The notes beneath the pieces were generated by a model that saw only the letters and a program-made list of their open reading frames with translations, searched no databases and had not been told where the DNA came from. A program made the translations under genes and the position numbers. DNA of 62,331 nt, taken from assembly GCA_039915645.1 (NCBI GenBank), contig JBDSMX010000145.1, forward strand, positions 1-62,331. Reading direction: 5' to 3'. Position 1 is the stretch's first letter, and every line of letters starts with the position of its first letter. Shown here piece after piece: positions 29,937 to 39,805 of the stretch. The DNA comes from Gemmatimonadales bacterium (GTDB lineage: Bacteria > Gemmatimonadota > Gemmatimonadetes > Gemmatimonadales > GWC2-71-9).

Positions 29937-31360
29937 TGGAGTGGACGCTCGCGTTGCGGCATCTGCTGGTGCGTCCGGGTCGAGCGGCGGTGCTGCTGCT
30001 CGGCTTCGCGCTCGGCGTTGCCGTGATGATCGTGCTGCTCTCGGTGGGTGATGCGATGCTGGAACAGTCGCGCGACATCGCGCTCGTCGGTGGGGGCGAA
30101 CTCACCGTGCTCCCCGAAGGGGTCGACGTCGAAGCGCTGCGCACCGGCGGCATGACCGGGATGTTCTTCGGCATCGACCGCGCCCGATTCGTGACGCGCC
30201 AGTTGCTCGGCGGCGCGCGTCAGCGAGGCACGGTGCGCGAAGTGTCACCGGTGCTCGAGCAGAAGCTGATGGTGATCCGGACCCGCGACAGCAGCTGGAC
30301 CGTCCGTGCCGGTGGCGAGCTGCCGAGCACGGCGCGCAGTCTGGGCGCTGGGGCGCAGGTATTGAGTGGCGCGTGGCGCGACAATAACCGCGACAGCAGT
30401 TGGCGCGCTCCGGCAGCGCAGGCCCTCTACGATGAACTCGACCGCTTCCACATCCCTGCGGGACACGACTCGACCTGGGGAGAGTGGCACTACTTCAACA
30501 TCGTGGCCGGACCCTCAGAATGGTGGTACGTCACCTTCCTGGTTGGCGGCGATGTTAGCGGAGCACGTTGGGGTGGTCAGCTCCTGGTGACGCACCGGCG
30601 CGCCGACGGCCAGTATCAGCGATTTGTCAGCGCCGTCCCCGGCAGCATGGTGCGGTTCGACACCACGCGTGCCGACATCACCATTGGCAGCCACACCGTG
30701 ACCCAGCGCGACGGGGTCTATCGCGTGACCGGGAGTGCGGGCACGGCATCGTTTGACTTCACCCTGACACCGGAACCGCTCCGCTACTTCCCTCCGGTGG
30801 AGCTTCGGGACGACAAGCTGACCTCGGGCTACGTGGTGCCGGGGCTCATGGCCCAAGCCACTGGCCGCTTCTGCGATGGAGGTCGCTGTCGCGAGCTCCA
30901 GAATGCCCCGGCCTATCACGACCACAACTGGGGCGTCTGGCGCGACGTGACCTGGGAGTGGGGGAGCGGTCGCGGGAGCTCCCACGCGATCCTCTATGGT
31001 GGTGTCCTGCGCACGGGCGAGGAGAGCTCCGGGGCACCGCTCTTCTTCACCCTGGTGGATTCCCTCGGGGTGCGGCAGGTCTATCGCTTCGAGCGGGTGG
31101 AGCGAGTCGGGGGGCGGCCGATCGCCGGAGTGCCGGGGGTCCTGGCTCCCGATTCTCTCCGCTTCGTGGCATCCCGGAAGAGCGACAGCGTTGCAATCCG
31201 GATCGCGATCGATGACGCCGCCGCAACGCAATCAGGGGGGTTGAGCATCAAACGATGGTTCCTCCAGATGCGCGGCCGCTGGTGGCTCACGGGTCGGGCC
31301 GCCGGACAGGCAGTGTCCGACAGCGGCAGCGGCTTCTTCGAGATCTGGCAACAGCCATAG
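29936..31360 (+). CDS. Fusion of a MacB-like N-terminal TM/periplasmic fragment and an AttH/CrtC lipocalin-like domain
   Basis: Permease-like start (RPGRAAVLLLGFALGVAV); then WGEWHYF, WWY, YHDHNWG..WEW motifs. Confidence 0.6.
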   Translation: MEWTLALRHLLVRPGRAAVLLLGFALGVAVMIVLLSVGDAMLEQSRDIALVGGGELTVLPEGVDVEALRTGGMTGMFFGIDRARFVTRQLLGGARQRGTVREVSPVLEQKLMVIRTRDSSWTVRAGGELPSTARSLGAGAQVLSGAWRDNNRDSSWRAPAAQALYDELDRFHIPAGHDSTWGEWHYFNIVAGPSEWWYVTFLVGGDVSGARWGGQLLVTHRRADGQYQRFVSAVPGSMVRFDTTRADITIGSHTVTQRDGVYRVTGSAGTASFDFTLTPEPLRYFPPVELRDDKLTSGYVVPGLMAQATGRFCDGGRCRELQNAPAYHDHNWGVWRDVTWEWGSGRGSSHAILYGGVLRTGEESSGAPLFFTLVDSLGVRQVYRFERVERVGGRPIAGVPGVLAPDSLRFVASRKSDSVAIRIAIDDAAATQSGGLSIKRWFLQMRGRWWLTGRAAGQAVSDSGSGFFEIWQQP

Positions 31361-31457
31361 CCCGGTGAGCCCCGGAGACTCTCGGAGCGCCCGGGTTACC
31401 GCAGGCGCCGGATGGCTTAGTTTCCACTGACTCCCCACTCAGGACACCGACCCAGAA

Positions 31458-34346
31458 ATGTCCGATATCCTTGAGCGTCTACGTACGGCGCTGCGCGAGA
31501 CCTATGCGGTCGAACGCCAGGTCGGTGAAGGTGGCATGGCCACGGTCTTCCTCGCCGAAGACCTGAAGCACCACCGTCAGGTCGCCATCAAGGTCCTTCG
31601 TCCTGAGCTCGCTGCCACCCTCGGCGCCGAGCGCTTCCTCCGCGAAATCGAGATGGCTGCGCGGCTGCAGCACCCGCACATCGTGCCGGTCTACGACTCC
31701 GGGGCCGCCGATGGCCTCCTCTACTATGTCATGCCGTTTGTCGAAGGCGAGTCGCTGCGCGACCTGCTGACGCGAACCACCCGGGTGCCGCTGGCGCGCG
31801 CCGCCGTGATCGTCGGCGAAGCCGCCAGCGGCCTCGCCTATGCGCATGCGCAGGGGATCGTGCACCGCGACGTCAAACCCGAAAACATCATGCTCTCCGG
31901 TGGGCACGCGGTGGTGACCGATTTCGGCATCGCGCGCGCAGTCGATGCCTCGCGCGCCGATGGCAACATCACCGGCTCCGGCATGGCGATCGGGACCCCG
32001 GCGTACATGAGCCCCGAGCAGGCGACCGCCGACAAGGTCGATGCCCGCAGCGATCAATACGCCCTCGCCTGTGTCTTCTACGAGATGGTCACCGGCAAGC
32101 AGGCGTTCTCCGGACCGTCGATGCAGGCGATGTTGACCTCGATGCTCACCGGTCCGCGGCCGCGCCTCGCTGCCGTAATGCGGGAAACGCCGGCTGAAGT
32201 CGATCTCGCCACGCAGCGTGCCCTCGATACCGATCCCGCCAAGCGCTTCCCCAGCATCACCGCCTTTGCCGAAGCGGTGGCGCAGGAGAGCACCGGTGCG
32301 GCCGCGGCAACGCGTGAGAGTCGCCGCTGGAAGCGACTCGCGATCGTGCTCCCGGCGCTGGTGGCAGTCGCCGCCGGACTCTGGGTGGTCTTCTTCGCGA
32401 AGCCGGCGGCCATCGTCGTCTCGGGCGCCGAGACCATTGCCGTGATGCCGTTCAGTACCAGTGGTGCGGCTGCGGCAGGGCTTGGCGAAGGAATGGTCGA
32501 TCTGCTTTCGAGCAACTTCGAAGGCGTCGGCGGGATCCATGCGATCGAGCCGCGCACGGTGCTGCGCGAGTGGCGTCGCCGGGTCAAGAACGGTGACGGC
32601 GCGCGCGAGGATGCGCTCGCCGTGGGCCGCAGCGTGAAGGCAGCGTCGGTGCTCACCGGCACCGTCGTCGCCACCGGCAACACGGCCAGGCTCACGGCCG
32701 AACTCCTCGACATGCAGGGGAAGTCGCTCGCGCAGGCGACGCTCGATGGACCGTCGGATTCGATTCTCATTCTTGCCGATCGGCTCGCGCTCAAGGTGCT
32801 GCAGAGCATCTGGCGCTCGAAGGAGCCGATGCCGTCGGCAAACTCGAGCGGCATCGTCTCCGCTTCGATGCCGGCGATTCGCGATTACCTCAAGGGCGAA
32901 TGGTTCCACCGTCGCGGCCAGTGGGACTCGGCACAGATCGCCTTCGAAGGCGCAGTGGCCGCCGACTCGACCTTCGCACTCGCCTGGTATCGACTCGCCA
33001 ACACCCTCGGCTGGACCGGCAACTATCTCTCGCCCGCGGCGATCAAGGCGTCGGCCAACGCGGTGAAGTATTCGACCACGCTCTCGCCCAGGCTCCGCAC
33101 CATTCTCGGCGCGTACTCGTTGTTCCAGCAGGGCGATCCCTCTGCCGCCGACTCGATGCGCGGCTACCTGCAGAAATTCCCCAATGACGCCGACGCCTGG
33201 TATCTGCTGGGTGAGTCGCAGTATCACGCCAACGGCTACATCCCGATGGCGCCTGCCAAGTTGCGGGCGCCGTTTGATCACGTGCTCGAACTCGATTCAT
33301 CGCTCACGCCTGCCGCGATCCATCCGATGGAACTCGCCCTCGGACAGCGCGACACCGCCGCAATTCGGCGCTATGCCGCGGTCTTCAAACTGGCGGGGGC
33401 GAAGGCCGAGATTCAGCAGGTCGAGGCAGCACAGGCGATCATGGCGGGCGATGGCAGCGGCTTCGCGCGGATCGTTCAGGGACCGGTGTCGGGCTCCGGC
33501 CTCGCGCGCGCCGCGCTCAACTCGGTGATTCGCGACACCAGGTCAACCGGTGACTCGCTGGAGAAGCTGGGGAAGACCATCGCCTCGACTCCGGCAAATG
33601 GCGGTCTCAAGCTGCAGTTCGTCGGGCTCGAGGCGATGCTGAGTTCGGCGGTGGGACGGCCGTCGGGAGCCAAGGGGATCGTCGATTCATTGCGCACGGC
33701 TGGCGAGATGCAGACGGCCTCGACACTCTCGATGACGCCGTTCTACGGTGGCTTTGCCGACAGCACCCTCTTGCAGCGACTCGATACCGGCCTCGCGGCC
33801 GCACCATCGAACATGTACGTCAACTTCATCCGGGCGATGCTGGCGTTTGACCGCGGTCAGGCCGCGCGCGCGGGCACGCTCATCCAGCAGACGCTCGCGG
33901 TCGCGCGCGACACCATGCCGAACTGGTTGCGCGGCGCGTTGATTGGGCTTGATGGCATGCGGATGGTCAGTCAGGGTGATACGGTGCGAGGCATGGCGCG
34001 CGCCGACTCGGGGCTGCGGATGGTCGGTGGGCTCGCGATCACCGGCTTCACGACGCCGGTGCAGCTGCGGTATGCCATGCTGCTCTCGACGCGCCCGGCC
34101 ACGCGGAAGCAGGGGATCGAGCGACTCCGCTATGGCTTTGAGCTTTCGCCTGAGTTGATGCCGATCACGATGTACTACCTCGGCAAGGCCTACGAAGCCG
34201 ACGGTCAACGCGACGAAGCGCTGGCGTCGTACGGGCAGTTCCTCCGACTCTGGAATCATCCGGATTCCAACTATGTCGCGCGTCAGCGGGAAGCCAAGGA
34301 AGCGCTGCAGCGGCTCACCGCGGAAGGCGGCAAGGGCAGGAGCTAG
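31458..34346 (+). CDS. Hanks-type Ser/Thr protein kinase with TM, TolB-like and TPR regions
   Basis: GEGGMATV, VAIK, HRDVKPEN, DFG, GTPAYMSPE; TM at about residues 295-313; TPR-like C-terminus. Confidence 0.95.
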   Translation: MSDILERLRTALRETYAVERQVGEGGMATVFLAEDLKHHRQVAIKVLRPELAATLGAERFLREIEMAARLQHPHIVPVYDSGAADGLLYYVMPFVEGESLRDLLTRTTRVPLARAAVIVGEAASGLAYAHAQGIVHRDVKPENIMLSGGHAVVTDFGIARAVDASRADGNITGSGMAIGTPAYMSPEQATADKVDARSDQYALACVFYEMVTGKQAFSGPSMQAMLTSMLTGPRPRLAAVMRETPAEVDLATQRALDTDPAKRFPSITAFAEAVAQESTGAAAATRESRRWKRLAIVLPALVAVAAGLWVVFFAKPAAIVVSGAETIAVMPFSTSGAAAAGLGEGMVDLLSSNFEGVGGIHAIEPRTVLREWRRRVKNGDGAREDALAVGRSVKAASVLTGTVVATGNTARLTAELLDMQGKSLAQATLDGPSDSILILADRLALKVLQSIWRSKEPMPSANSSGIVSASMPAIRDYLKGEWFHRRGQWDSAQIAFEGAVAADSTFALAWYRLANTLGWTGNYLSPAAIKASANAVKYSTTLSPRLRTILGAYSLFQQGDPSAADSMRGYLQKFPNDADAWYLLGESQYHANGYIPMAPAKLRAPFDHVLELDSSLTPAAIHPMELALGQRDTAAIRRYAAVFKLAGAKAEIQQVEAAQAIMAGDGSGFARIVQGPVSGSGLARAALNSVIRDTRSTGDSLEKLGKTIASTPANGGLKLQFVGLEAMLSSAVGRPSGAKGIVDSLRTAGEMQTASTLSMTPFYGGFADSTLLQRLDTGLAAAPSNMYVNFIRAMLAFDRGQAARAGTLIQQTLAVARDTMPNWLRGALIGLDGMRMVSQGDTVRGMARADSGLRMVGGLAITGFTTPVQLRYAMLLSTRPATRKQGIERLRYGFELSPELMPITMYYLGKAYEADGQRDEALASYGQFLRLWNHPDSNYVARQREAKEALQRLTAEGGKGRS

Positions 34347-34849
34347 CGTCGCTGCTCGATCTGCAGTGCGTGACGCTCACCGTGCGTCGCGGCCATCAGA
34401 AACCATTGCCCCAGATCGATCCGCCCAAGCAGGGGATGCGCGAAGTGATGCGCATCCCAGGCCACGTCGAGCGACCGCGCGAGGTCGAGCGTGGTGTTGC
34501 GTCGTTCCCGAAAGACTCGCATCGCATCGGCGAGAGTTTCGTAGCGGCCCTTGGGATGGACCATCTCCGGTGCATTCACCGCGGTGGGGTAGTCGGCGAG
34601 ACCAGCGACCATGGCATCCTTCTGTCGCGTCCGCAACTCGCCCGGTTCCTCTCCGGCCGCCGTGGTGATCGCCTTGTGGACCGCGCGCTCGACCACGGTG
34701 AGGTGTTCGAGAATTTCGAGGACGGACCATTCCTCGGGCGCGGGACGGATGGCGGCCGTTTCGGGGTCAACGTGAGCAACCAGCCGCTCGATATGGCGCA
34801 GATTGGCTTCGAGTGCAGCGACCACAGCGGGCCGGTCGGTCAGCGACAT
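34343..34849 (-). CDS. DinB family protein
   Basis: WSVLEILEHL, HPLLG, H...H; RBS GGAGG before ATG 34849. Confidence 0.85.
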   Translation of the reverse strand: MSLTDRPAVVAALEANLRHIERLVAHVDPETAAIRPAPEEWSVLEILEHLTVVERAVHKAITTAAGEEPGELRTRQKDAMVAGLADYPTAVNAPEMVHPKGRYETLADAMRVFRERRNTTLDLARSLDVAWDAHHFAHPLLGRIDLGQWFLMAATHGERHALQIEQRR

Positions 34850-34903
34850 CCGTCCTCCGGGGCGAGACCTTCGAATGTAGTCGCGCCGGTGTAGGTTCCA
34901 GTG

Positions 34904-35323
34904 ATGAGCACCGAATCGATGCCTGATATCGCCGTCATGCGGGTCGTGGCCCGCGAACTCGTCGATGACTTTGCCACCGGGTGGACCCGGGGACGAGTCG
35001 ACCAGATGCTCGGCGTCTTCGCCGAAGGGGCCGTCCTGATCGAGACCCCGTTCTCGACCCCGCTCACCGGGATCGAGGCCATCCGCAGCTGGGCCTCCGA
35101 CATTCCCTACCACCAGTCCGAGTGCGCATTCACGACTGGGGAAGTCTTCCTGGCCGGTCCCTGGATCTCGACCGAATTCAAGCTGGTTTTCCGCCGCCGG
35201 AAGAGCGGTGACTGGGTCGAGGCCCGGGGAGCCTTCTTTGCCGAGACCGACGGGGCCAAGATCACCGAACTGCGGATGTACTGGCACCGCTGGAATGGCG
35301 GCCAGGAGACCTCGCTCCCCTGA
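34904..35323 (+). CDS. NTF2/SnoaL-like protein
   Basis: FAEGAV..ETP....G.EAIR and C-terminal KITELRMYW pattern. Confidence 0.75.
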   Translation: MSTESMPDIAVMRVVARELVDDFATGWTRGRVDQMLGVFAEGAVLIETPFSTPLTGIEAIRSWASDIPYHQSECAFTTGEVFLAGPWISTEFKLVFRRRKSGDWVEARGAFFAETDGAKITELRMYWHRWNGGQETSLP

Positions 35324-35483
35324 AGCGTCCCAATGCGTGTCATCCAGTGTCCATTCCTGGTGACACCGGGGCGTGGGAGGACTGGCTAAGTCATTGTCAG
35401 GCAACACCGTTGGTCTGGCACGGAACTGGAAGCTCTGCCGGCCATCCAGTACCGTCCCAAGTCCGTCGCAGGTGGAGGTTCTT

Positions 35484-36947
35484 ATGCTGATGCTGCTCGC
35501 CGCACTCATGGCTGCCGCCCCGGGTCCCGTTGGAGCCGTCGGCCGCCCCGTTGTCGATCCCATCCCGCAAGCCACAGTTCGCATCACCCTCAACGGCGGC
35601 GATTACGCCCCCGGTGACCGGGTGCGCGTCCAGGTCGAGCCGAGCCAGGATGGGTATCTGGTGGTCTTCCGGGTCGATGGCGATGGCAGGATCCGGGTCC
35701 TCTTCCCGCTCGATCCGGACCTCGATCCGTTCGTCCGTGGCGGCAAGCGCTACGAGCTCCGCGGCAGGGGCGAGCGGGAGACCTTCGTCGCCGACGATCG
35801 GGGTGGCAACGGCCTCATCTACGCCGCGCTCTCGCGCCAGCCGCTGGCCTTCGGACCCTATGCCGTCAACGAGCACTGGGACTACGACGCGCTGCGGCTC
35901 CGCGACCAGGATAGCGATCCCGAGGCGGACCTCGCCGCCATTGTTCGCCGGATGGGCGACAACGGTCGCTTCGATTATGACGTGACCAGCTACCGCGTCC
36001 ACGATTCGCGCGTCATCGTCGCGAGCGGTGGCCGTGGCTACGACCAGGGCTACGATCCGTACTGGAGCTGCCTGTCGTGCGGCTGGGGCTACGGTCGCGG
36101 TGGCTCGATCGGGATTTCGTTCGGCTCGCGCTACAACAACTGGTATGGCTATCCGGCTTACGGCGATCCCTGGTCCTACAATCCGTGGGGCTACGATCCG
36201 TACGCCTATGACTCGTACTTCGGCTACTACGGTTATCCGTACTACGGCTCGCGCTTCAACTATCCCGGTCAGTATCGCCCGATCACGGTGGTGAATCTGC
36301 CGCGACCGGTGACGCCGAACTCGCCCTATGGTGTCCGGGCGCGCGCGCGTCAGCCGATCAACACCGCCGGCCTCTTTGCACCGGACCTGACGCGGGCGAT
36401 GCGTCCGGATTCGCGGCCCGGCGGTATTGGTGGTGGCAACACGGGTGGTGCAGATCGCAGTGGCTACGACGCCCGCGGTCGGCAGCGAAACGACGAAGGA
36501 TCGCGCGGCCGTACCAGCTCCGGGAACGGCAGCGACCGGCGTGAATCGCCGCCGCAATCGGCGCCGCCGCCGTCGAGTCGGCCGGCCTCGTCGGCCCCGC
36601 CGCCGAGCTCGGGCAACAATGGTTCGGATCGGGCACGCCGCCGTCCCGAAATGTCGGCAGACCTGACGCCGCGCGTCTTCGAGCCGGCGGCCGAGCGGCG
36701 TCAGTTCGAGGGAACGCAGCCGATCTACCGCGAGCCGCGCCGGGAACAGCCGCCGGCCGATCGCAGCCAGCCCACCCGGTCGGCCCCGACTGAGCGCCCG
36801 GTGTATCGCGAGCCGGCGCGGACGGAACGGTCGTCACCTCCGCCGCAGCAGTCGGCACCACCGCGGGTCGAGCGGCCGTCGGTTCCGCCGCCATCGGCTC
36901 CCGCGACTCCGAGTAGTGGTGGTGACCGGGCCCGTCGCCGGCCCTGA
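35484..36947 (+). CDS. DUF4384-domain secreted protein with YG-rich and Pro/Arg-rich disordered tail
   Basis: Y.PGDRVRV....QDGYLVVF.VD.DG.IRVLFP; GGAGG RBS; low-complexity C-terminus. Confidence 0.75.
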   Translation: MLMLLAALMAAAPGPVGAVGRPVVDPIPQATVRITLNGGDYAPGDRVRVQVEPSQDGYLVVFRVDGDGRIRVLFPLDPDLDPFVRGGKRYELRGRGERETFVADDRGGNGLIYAALSRQPLAFGPYAVNEHWDYDALRLRDQDSDPEADLAAIVRRMGDNGRFDYDVTSYRVHDSRVIVASGGRGYDQGYDPYWSCLSCGWGYGRGGSIGISFGSRYNNWYGYPAYGDPWSYNPWGYDPYAYDSYFGYYGYPYYGSRFNYPGQYRPITVVNLPRPVTPNSPYGVRARARQPINTAGLFAPDLTRAMRPDSRPGGIGGGNTGGADRSGYDARGRQRNDEGSRGRTSSGNGSDRRESPPQSAPPPSSRPASSAPPPSSGNNGSDRARRRPEMSADLTPRVFEPAAERRQFEGTQPIYREPRREQPPADRSQPTRSAPTERPVYREPARTERSSPPPQQSAPPRVERPSVPPPSAPATPSSGGDRARRRP

Positions 36948-36970
36948 TCAAGACCCGCACTCCACACACA

Positions 36971-37002
36971 CGAAGGGCTCCGCCAGTCAGCGGAGCCCTT
37001 CG
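36971..37002. terminator. Hairpin between convergent genes (probable bidirectional terminator)
   Basis: CGAAGGGCTCCGC-CAGTCA-GCGGAGCCCTTCG, perfect 13-bp stem. Confidence 0.75.
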
Positions 37003-37024
37003 GATTTCCGGCATTCTCGCTCAG

Positions 37025-37486
37025 CTATCCCTGCTTGCTCCGGGCATACTCGCTGCCCCACGCCATGAACTCGGCACTGCGCAGTCCCACCCGCATCGCC
37101 GCATCAACAGCGTCCTGCTCGTTCATTCCCTCGTCGAGAATGAGGTAGGGAAGCAGGGCACCACCCACGCGATTGGCACTCGCGCAATGGAGGATCGTGG
37201 GCGTCCCGGCATGTGCGCGCAACGCGGCGAGAATCTTCTCGAGTGTCGCGGTGCTCAGCGCGCCCGGCGACACGGGGATGTTGATGTATTCGATCCCGAG
37301 TCCGCGAAGCGTGGCGGGCTCATCGAAGGGGCGCTGTTCCATCGGATCGCGGAGGTCGATCACGACCTTGACCCCGGCCTCCTTGGCCGCGGCGAACATC
37401 TCCGCGCTCGGCTGTCCGGCCGTGGCAAGCCAGGGGAGGGGCTGAGAGGCATTGGTTGCGCCGGCGATGGCGTCGAGCAGGGACAT
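37025..37486 (-). CDS. DUF442/PTP-like (sulfur-transferase/phosphatase) protein
   Basis: TAGQP, VIDLR...E, HCASANR loop. Confidence 0.8.
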   Translation of the reverse strand: MSLLDAIAGATNASQPLPWLATAGQPSAEMFAAAKEAGVKVVIDLRDPMEQRPFDEPATLRGLGIEYINIPVSPGALSTATLEKILAALRAHAGTPTILHCASANRVGGALLPYLILDEGMNEQDAVDAAMRVGLRSAEFMAWGSEYARSKQG

Positions 37487-37544
37487 CGGGGTTCTCGCGA
37501 TAGGTGACGCGGCAATATACGTCCTCCACCGGGTATCTTTGAGC

Positions 37545-39338
37545 ATGTCTGCGATCACCGTGGCGCTCTGTTCATTCCGGCCGACCAAGGGGTCGCCGAG
37601 CGCGAATCTCGACCGGATCGAGGAGCTGTTCCGGACCTTCGCCGCCTCGCCGGCGCCGCCGGACCTGATCTGCCTCCCCGAAACGATTCTCACCGGCTAT
37701 TTCCTCGAAGGCGGGGTGCGGGAACATGCCCTCACCGCCGAGGCGCTGTTTGCCGAGTTGGCGGAGCGGCACGCCCGTGCCGGTGGGCCGCCGGTCGAGA
37801 TCACCCTCGGCTTCTACGAGCGCTGGAACGACCGGCTCCACAACTCGGCGATCTGGATCGCGCTGGGTGGTGACGATGCCGGCGTGCGCCACATCCATCG
37901 CAAGATCTTCCTGCCGACCTACGGTGTCTTTGACGAGGAGCGCTTCGTCGAGGCAGGACGTGAGGTGCGCGCATTCAACACCCGCTTCGGTCGCGCGGCG
38001 ATGCTGGTCTGCGAAGATGCCTGGCACGCCATCACCGGCACGATTGCGGCGGTCGATGGCGCGCAGTTGATCGCCGTGGTCGCGGCGAGTCCGGCGCGAG
38101 GGATTGCGCCAGACGAGGTCCAGCCGGGGCAGCCCGGGTCGCTGGCACGCTGGGAGCGCCTCGCGCGCGATATCGCAGGCGAGCACGGGGTCTACGTCAC
38201 GCTGACCCAGCTCGTCGGCTTCGAGGGCGGCAAGAATTTTCCCGGCGGATCGGTGATGGCGGGACCGAGCGGCGATACCCTGGTGAGGGCGCCGCTATTC
38301 GAGGATGCGGTGGTGCAGCACACCATCGATCTCGAGGAGATCGCCCGGGAGCGCGCGGGATCGCCGTTGCTGGCCGATCTCGAGCAGCGACTGCCGCACA
38401 TGATCGAGGAGCTCGATCGCGCCCGCAAGCAATCGCTCACCGGGCGACCCGAGACCGCCGTGCCAGCGAGCGTGGCACCCAATGCATCTGCAAAGAGCCG
38501 ACACGATGCGCCGGCGCCGACTTCCCGCCTCGCGATCGATCCCGAGCTTACCCGTCGCTGGCTGGTGGGATTTCTGCGCGACGAAGTGTCGCGTCGGCGC
38601 GGCTTCAGCAAGGCGATCGTGGGTCTCTCGGGAGGGGTCGACTCGGCCGTGGTCGCGACGCTGGCCGCCGAGGCGTTTGGCCCCGAGAATGTGATCGCGG
38701 TGCGGATGCCGTATCGGATGTCGAGCCCGGATTCGCTGGCGCACGCTCGCCTCGTGGTCGAGTCCCTCGGCATCACCGAGCGCACCGTCGATATTTCTGC
38801 TGCGGTCGATGGCTACGCTGCCGCATGCGGTTCGACGCCGACCCCGGCTCGTCTCGGCAACGTGATGGCGCGGACTCGAATGCTCACGCTGTTCGACCTG
38901 AGTGCTGCCTACGCGGCGCTGCCGCTGGGCACCGGCAACAAGAGCGAACGCCTGCTCGGCTACTTCACCTGGCACGCCGATGACGCGCCGCCAGTGAATC
39001 CGCTTGGCGACCTCTTCAAGTCCCAGGTCTGGGAACTGGCCCGGCACCTCGGCGTGCCAGCCCAGGTCATCGACAAGCCCGCCAGCGCCGACCTGGTGCA
39101 GGGGCAGACTGACGAGTCCGACTTCGGCATTTCGTATGCGCATGCCGATGCTATTCTGGACCTGCTGCTGCAGGGGCACGCCGAGCGGTCGATCGTCGCG
39201 GCAGGGTTTACCCAGGCAGAAATCTCCCTCGTCCGAAAGCGGCTCGACACCACGCACTGGAAGCGCAAGCTGCCGAGCGTGGCGATGCTGAGCCAGACCG
39301 CAATTGGCGAGTACTACCTCCGGCCGGTGGACTATTGA
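37545..39338 (+). CDS. nadE: Glutamine-dependent NAD+ synthetase
   Basis: Nitrilase domain (LPE, HRK.FLPTYGVFDE.R, VCED) plus GLSGGVDS and GTGNKSE. Confidence 0.93.
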   Translation: MSAITVALCSFRPTKGSPSANLDRIEELFRTFAASPAPPDLICLPETILTGYFLEGGVREHALTAEALFAELAERHARAGGPPVEITLGFYERWNDRLHNSAIWIALGGDDAGVRHIHRKIFLPTYGVFDEERFVEAGREVRAFNTRFGRAAMLVCEDAWHAITGTIAAVDGAQLIAVVAASPARGIAPDEVQPGQPGSLARWERLARDIAGEHGVYVTLTQLVGFEGGKNFPGGSVMAGPSGDTLVRAPLFEDAVVQHTIDLEEIARERAGSPLLADLEQRLPHMIEELDRARKQSLTGRPETAVPASVAPNASAKSRHDAPAPTSRLAIDPELTRRWLVGFLRDEVSRRRGFSKAIVGLSGGVDSAVVATLAAEAFGPENVIAVRMPYRMSSPDSLAHARLVVESLGITERTVDISAAVDGYAAACGSTPTPARLGNVMARTRMLTLFDLSAAYAALPLGTGNKSERLLGYFTWHADDAPPVNPLGDLFKSQVWELARHLGVPAQVIDKPASADLVQGQTDESDFGISYAHADAILDLLLQGHAERSIVAAGFTQAEISLVRKRLDTTHWKRKLPSVAMLSQTAIGEYYLRPVDY

Positions 39339-39805
39339 TGTCGCTTCCCGAAAGTCGCCCGATGTCGTACTCGCGTGGAGAGATCTCCACGCTGGTGATG
39401 CCGCACATGTCGAACCTGCTGGGCGATCTCTTCGGCGGCAACCTGCTCGCGCTGGTCGACCAGGCGGCGGCGATCGCGGCGATCCGGCACGCGGGTGGCC
39501 GTTGCGTCACGGCGTCGATCCACACGATGGACTTCCGGGAGCGGATTCCGATCGGGTCGCTGGTGACCTGTCAGGCCACGGTTGATTTCGTCGGCAAGTC
39601 GTCGATGGATATCACGGTGGAAGTGTTTGCCGAGAAGCCGAGCACGGGCGAGCGACACAACACGCACACGGCGCATGTGGTGTTTGTCGCAATCGATGAC
39701 TACGGCCGACCGAAGCAGGTGCCGCGGCTGATTCCGGGGAACGAAGAAGAGCAGGCGCGTTACACGGCTGCCGAAGCGTACCGCGAACACCACAAGAAGC
39801 AGTGA
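39338..39805 (+). CDS. Acyl-CoA thioesterase (hotdog, YciA-like)
   Basis: N..G.LFGG.LL..VD, CVTAS, VGKSSM, VFVAIDD.GRP. Confidence 0.9.
   Translation: MSLPESRPMSYSRGEISTLVMPHMSNLLGDLFGGNLLALVDQAAAIAAIRHAGGRCVTASIHTMDFRERIPIGSLVTCQATVDFVGKSSMDITVEVFAEKPSTGERHNTHTAHVVFVAIDDYGRPKQVPRLIPGNEEEQARYTAAEAYREHHKKQ

Noticed and set aside
31479..33281. 600-aa antisense ORF (similarly 1331-2605, 3611-5122, 12925-14418, 27137-28591, 46177-47652)
   Set aside because: Shadow ORFs opposite well-supported genes; expected in high-GC DNA and without recognisable motifs.
35416..35431. sigma54 promoter upstream of the DUF4384 gene (TGGCACG-N4-TGGA)
   Set aside because: The -24 element matches but the -12 lacks the conserved GC; cannot be supported without data.
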